Part shown: positions 63,129 through 64,000 of the stretch, piece by piece
Layout: the number at the start of each line of letters is the position of its first letter
Numbering within the stretch: position 1 is the first letter of the stretch
Assembly (NCBI GenBank): GCA_963736735.1
Contig: CAVTPX010000008.1
Span: forward strand, 62,183-126,182
DNA: 64,000 bases
Reading direction: 5' to 3'
Origin: an uncultured Bacteroidales bacterium
Lineage (GTDB): Bacteria; Bacteroidota; Bacteroidia; Bacteroidales; VadinHA17
Notes under the pieces: generated by a model
The model's input: the letters and a program-made list of their open reading frames with translations, nothing else
Told to the model about the DNA's origin: nothing
The model's database searches: none
Program-made: the position numbers and the translations under genes

Positions 63129-64000
63129 TTAATCTTTATCCAGTTTATATTTTGCCACATCCATTCCGAATGAAAGGCTCATTGTCTCAAGCAGCTCGTC
63201 AAGTTCGGTGAGCGACTTCTTGCCGAAGTTGCGGAACTTAAGGAGGTCATTCTTATTGAATTTGACAAGGTCACCCAGTGATTCAACCTCGGCTGCCTTG
63301 AGGCAGTTAAGGGCTCTGACTGAAAGGTCAAGGTCAACAAGTTTGGTTTTGAGAAGCTGGCGCATATGAAGGATCTCCTCATCGAATTCTTCATTTGCCA
63401 TTTTATCCTCATAATCGATTGTTATCTTATCCTCAGAGAAAAGCATAAAATGATATATGAGAATCTTGGCTGCTTCCTTGAGGGCGTCTTTCGGATGAAT
63501 TGAACCGTCTGTGGTTATCTCTATCACGAGCTTCTCATAGTCGGTTTTCTGTTCAACCCTGTAGTTTTCAATTGCATACTTCACATTCCTGATGGGTGTG
63601 AATATCGAGTCTACGGCTATTACTCCGAATTCTGCTTCGGCAGGCTGATTTTCCTCTGCAGGAACATAACCTCTGCCCTTATTGATTGTAACCTCTATCT
63701 GAAGCTTTACATCGGGCTCCATGTGGCATATCACATGGTCAGGATTCAGAACCTCGAAGCTGCTCAGTACATTGTTCAGGTCTCCGGCTTTCAGTATTTC
63801 CTGTCCGGACACTTTTATTACAATTTTCTCACCGTCAACGTCCTCGACCATACGTCTGAAGCGTACCTGTTTCAGGTTCAGGAGGATTTCGGTAACGTCT
63901 TCGATGACTCCGGTGACCGTTGAGAACTCATGGTCAACGCCTTCGATCTTGACAGTGGTGATTGCAAAACCTTCGAGTGATGAAAGCAGTATGCGCCTGA
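63129..64000 (-). CDS. rpoA: DNA-directed RNA polymerase alpha subunit, N-terminus beyond the right edge
   Basis: The frame is open to base 64000 ([43 protein letters not shown]...). C-terminal domain is [23 protein letters not shown]. Followed by rplQ, as in the canonical alpha operon. Confidence 0.95.
   Translation of the reverse strand, partial: RRILLSSLEGFAITTVKIEGVDHEFSTVTGVIEDVTEILLNLKQVRFRRMVEDVDGEKIVIKVSGQEILKAGDLNNVLSSFEVLNPDHVICHMEPDVKLQIEVTINKGRGYVPAEENQPAEAEFGVIAVDSIFTPIRNVKYAIENYRVEQKTDYEKLVIEITTDGSIHPKDALKEAAKILIYHFMLFSEDKITIDYEDKMANEEFDEEILHMRQLLKTKLVDLDLSVRALNCLKAAEVESLGDLVKFNKNDLLKFRNFGKKSLTELDELLETMSLSFGMDVAKYKLDKD

Overview
This window is a chromosomal, mostly housekeeping segment of a Bacteroidota genome. 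Phylum markers are gldD/gldE, a T9SS C-terminal sorting domain, the uppS-bamA-skp-skp-murI cluster, and many exact TAnnTTTG -7 promoter boxes. About 62 protein genes are packed tightly on both strands.

Gene content:
- Two-component/PAS signalling island (1-6.9 kb).
- Pterin genes (PTPS, folE), then fabD.
- A very large REC-gated ATP-grasp (PPDK_N-type) protein, then korAB.
- The envelope cluster, then nadK, pdxJ, udk, prs, rplY, pth.
- Two ECF sigma modules.
- rng, hup, ssb, gldE, gldD, and a PPTase plus a PcrB/GGGPS-type prenyltransferase.
- ychF, hisS, eno, rplQ and the 3' part of rpoA.

I found no tRNA, rRNA, CRISPR array, transposase, integrase, phage or recognisable defence genes.

The one element I cannot assign to a known class is a ~520-bp composite repeat locus (35520-36037) in a 763-bp intergenic gap. 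It holds roughly 38 degenerate G-rich heptamers (RGCAWGG). These are punctuated by two copies of a 55-nt hairpin module and 3-4 copies of a GGAACCCCGAAGGGG hairpin module spaced 148-149 nt apart.

Other observations:
- At least seven otherwise intact genes, including nadK and gldE, are split by single frameshifts. This looks more like indel error in the assembly than biology.
- A 30-codon, extremely basic ORF sits immediately downstream of hup and is missing from the ORF track.
- Terminator hairpins have T-tracts that run into the next gene's -7 box.
- There is a Tyr/Ser/Pro low-complexity secreted protein and a hybrid kinase with a degenerate ATP-binding domain.

All calls come from reading the sequence and the ORF translations. 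No searches were run.
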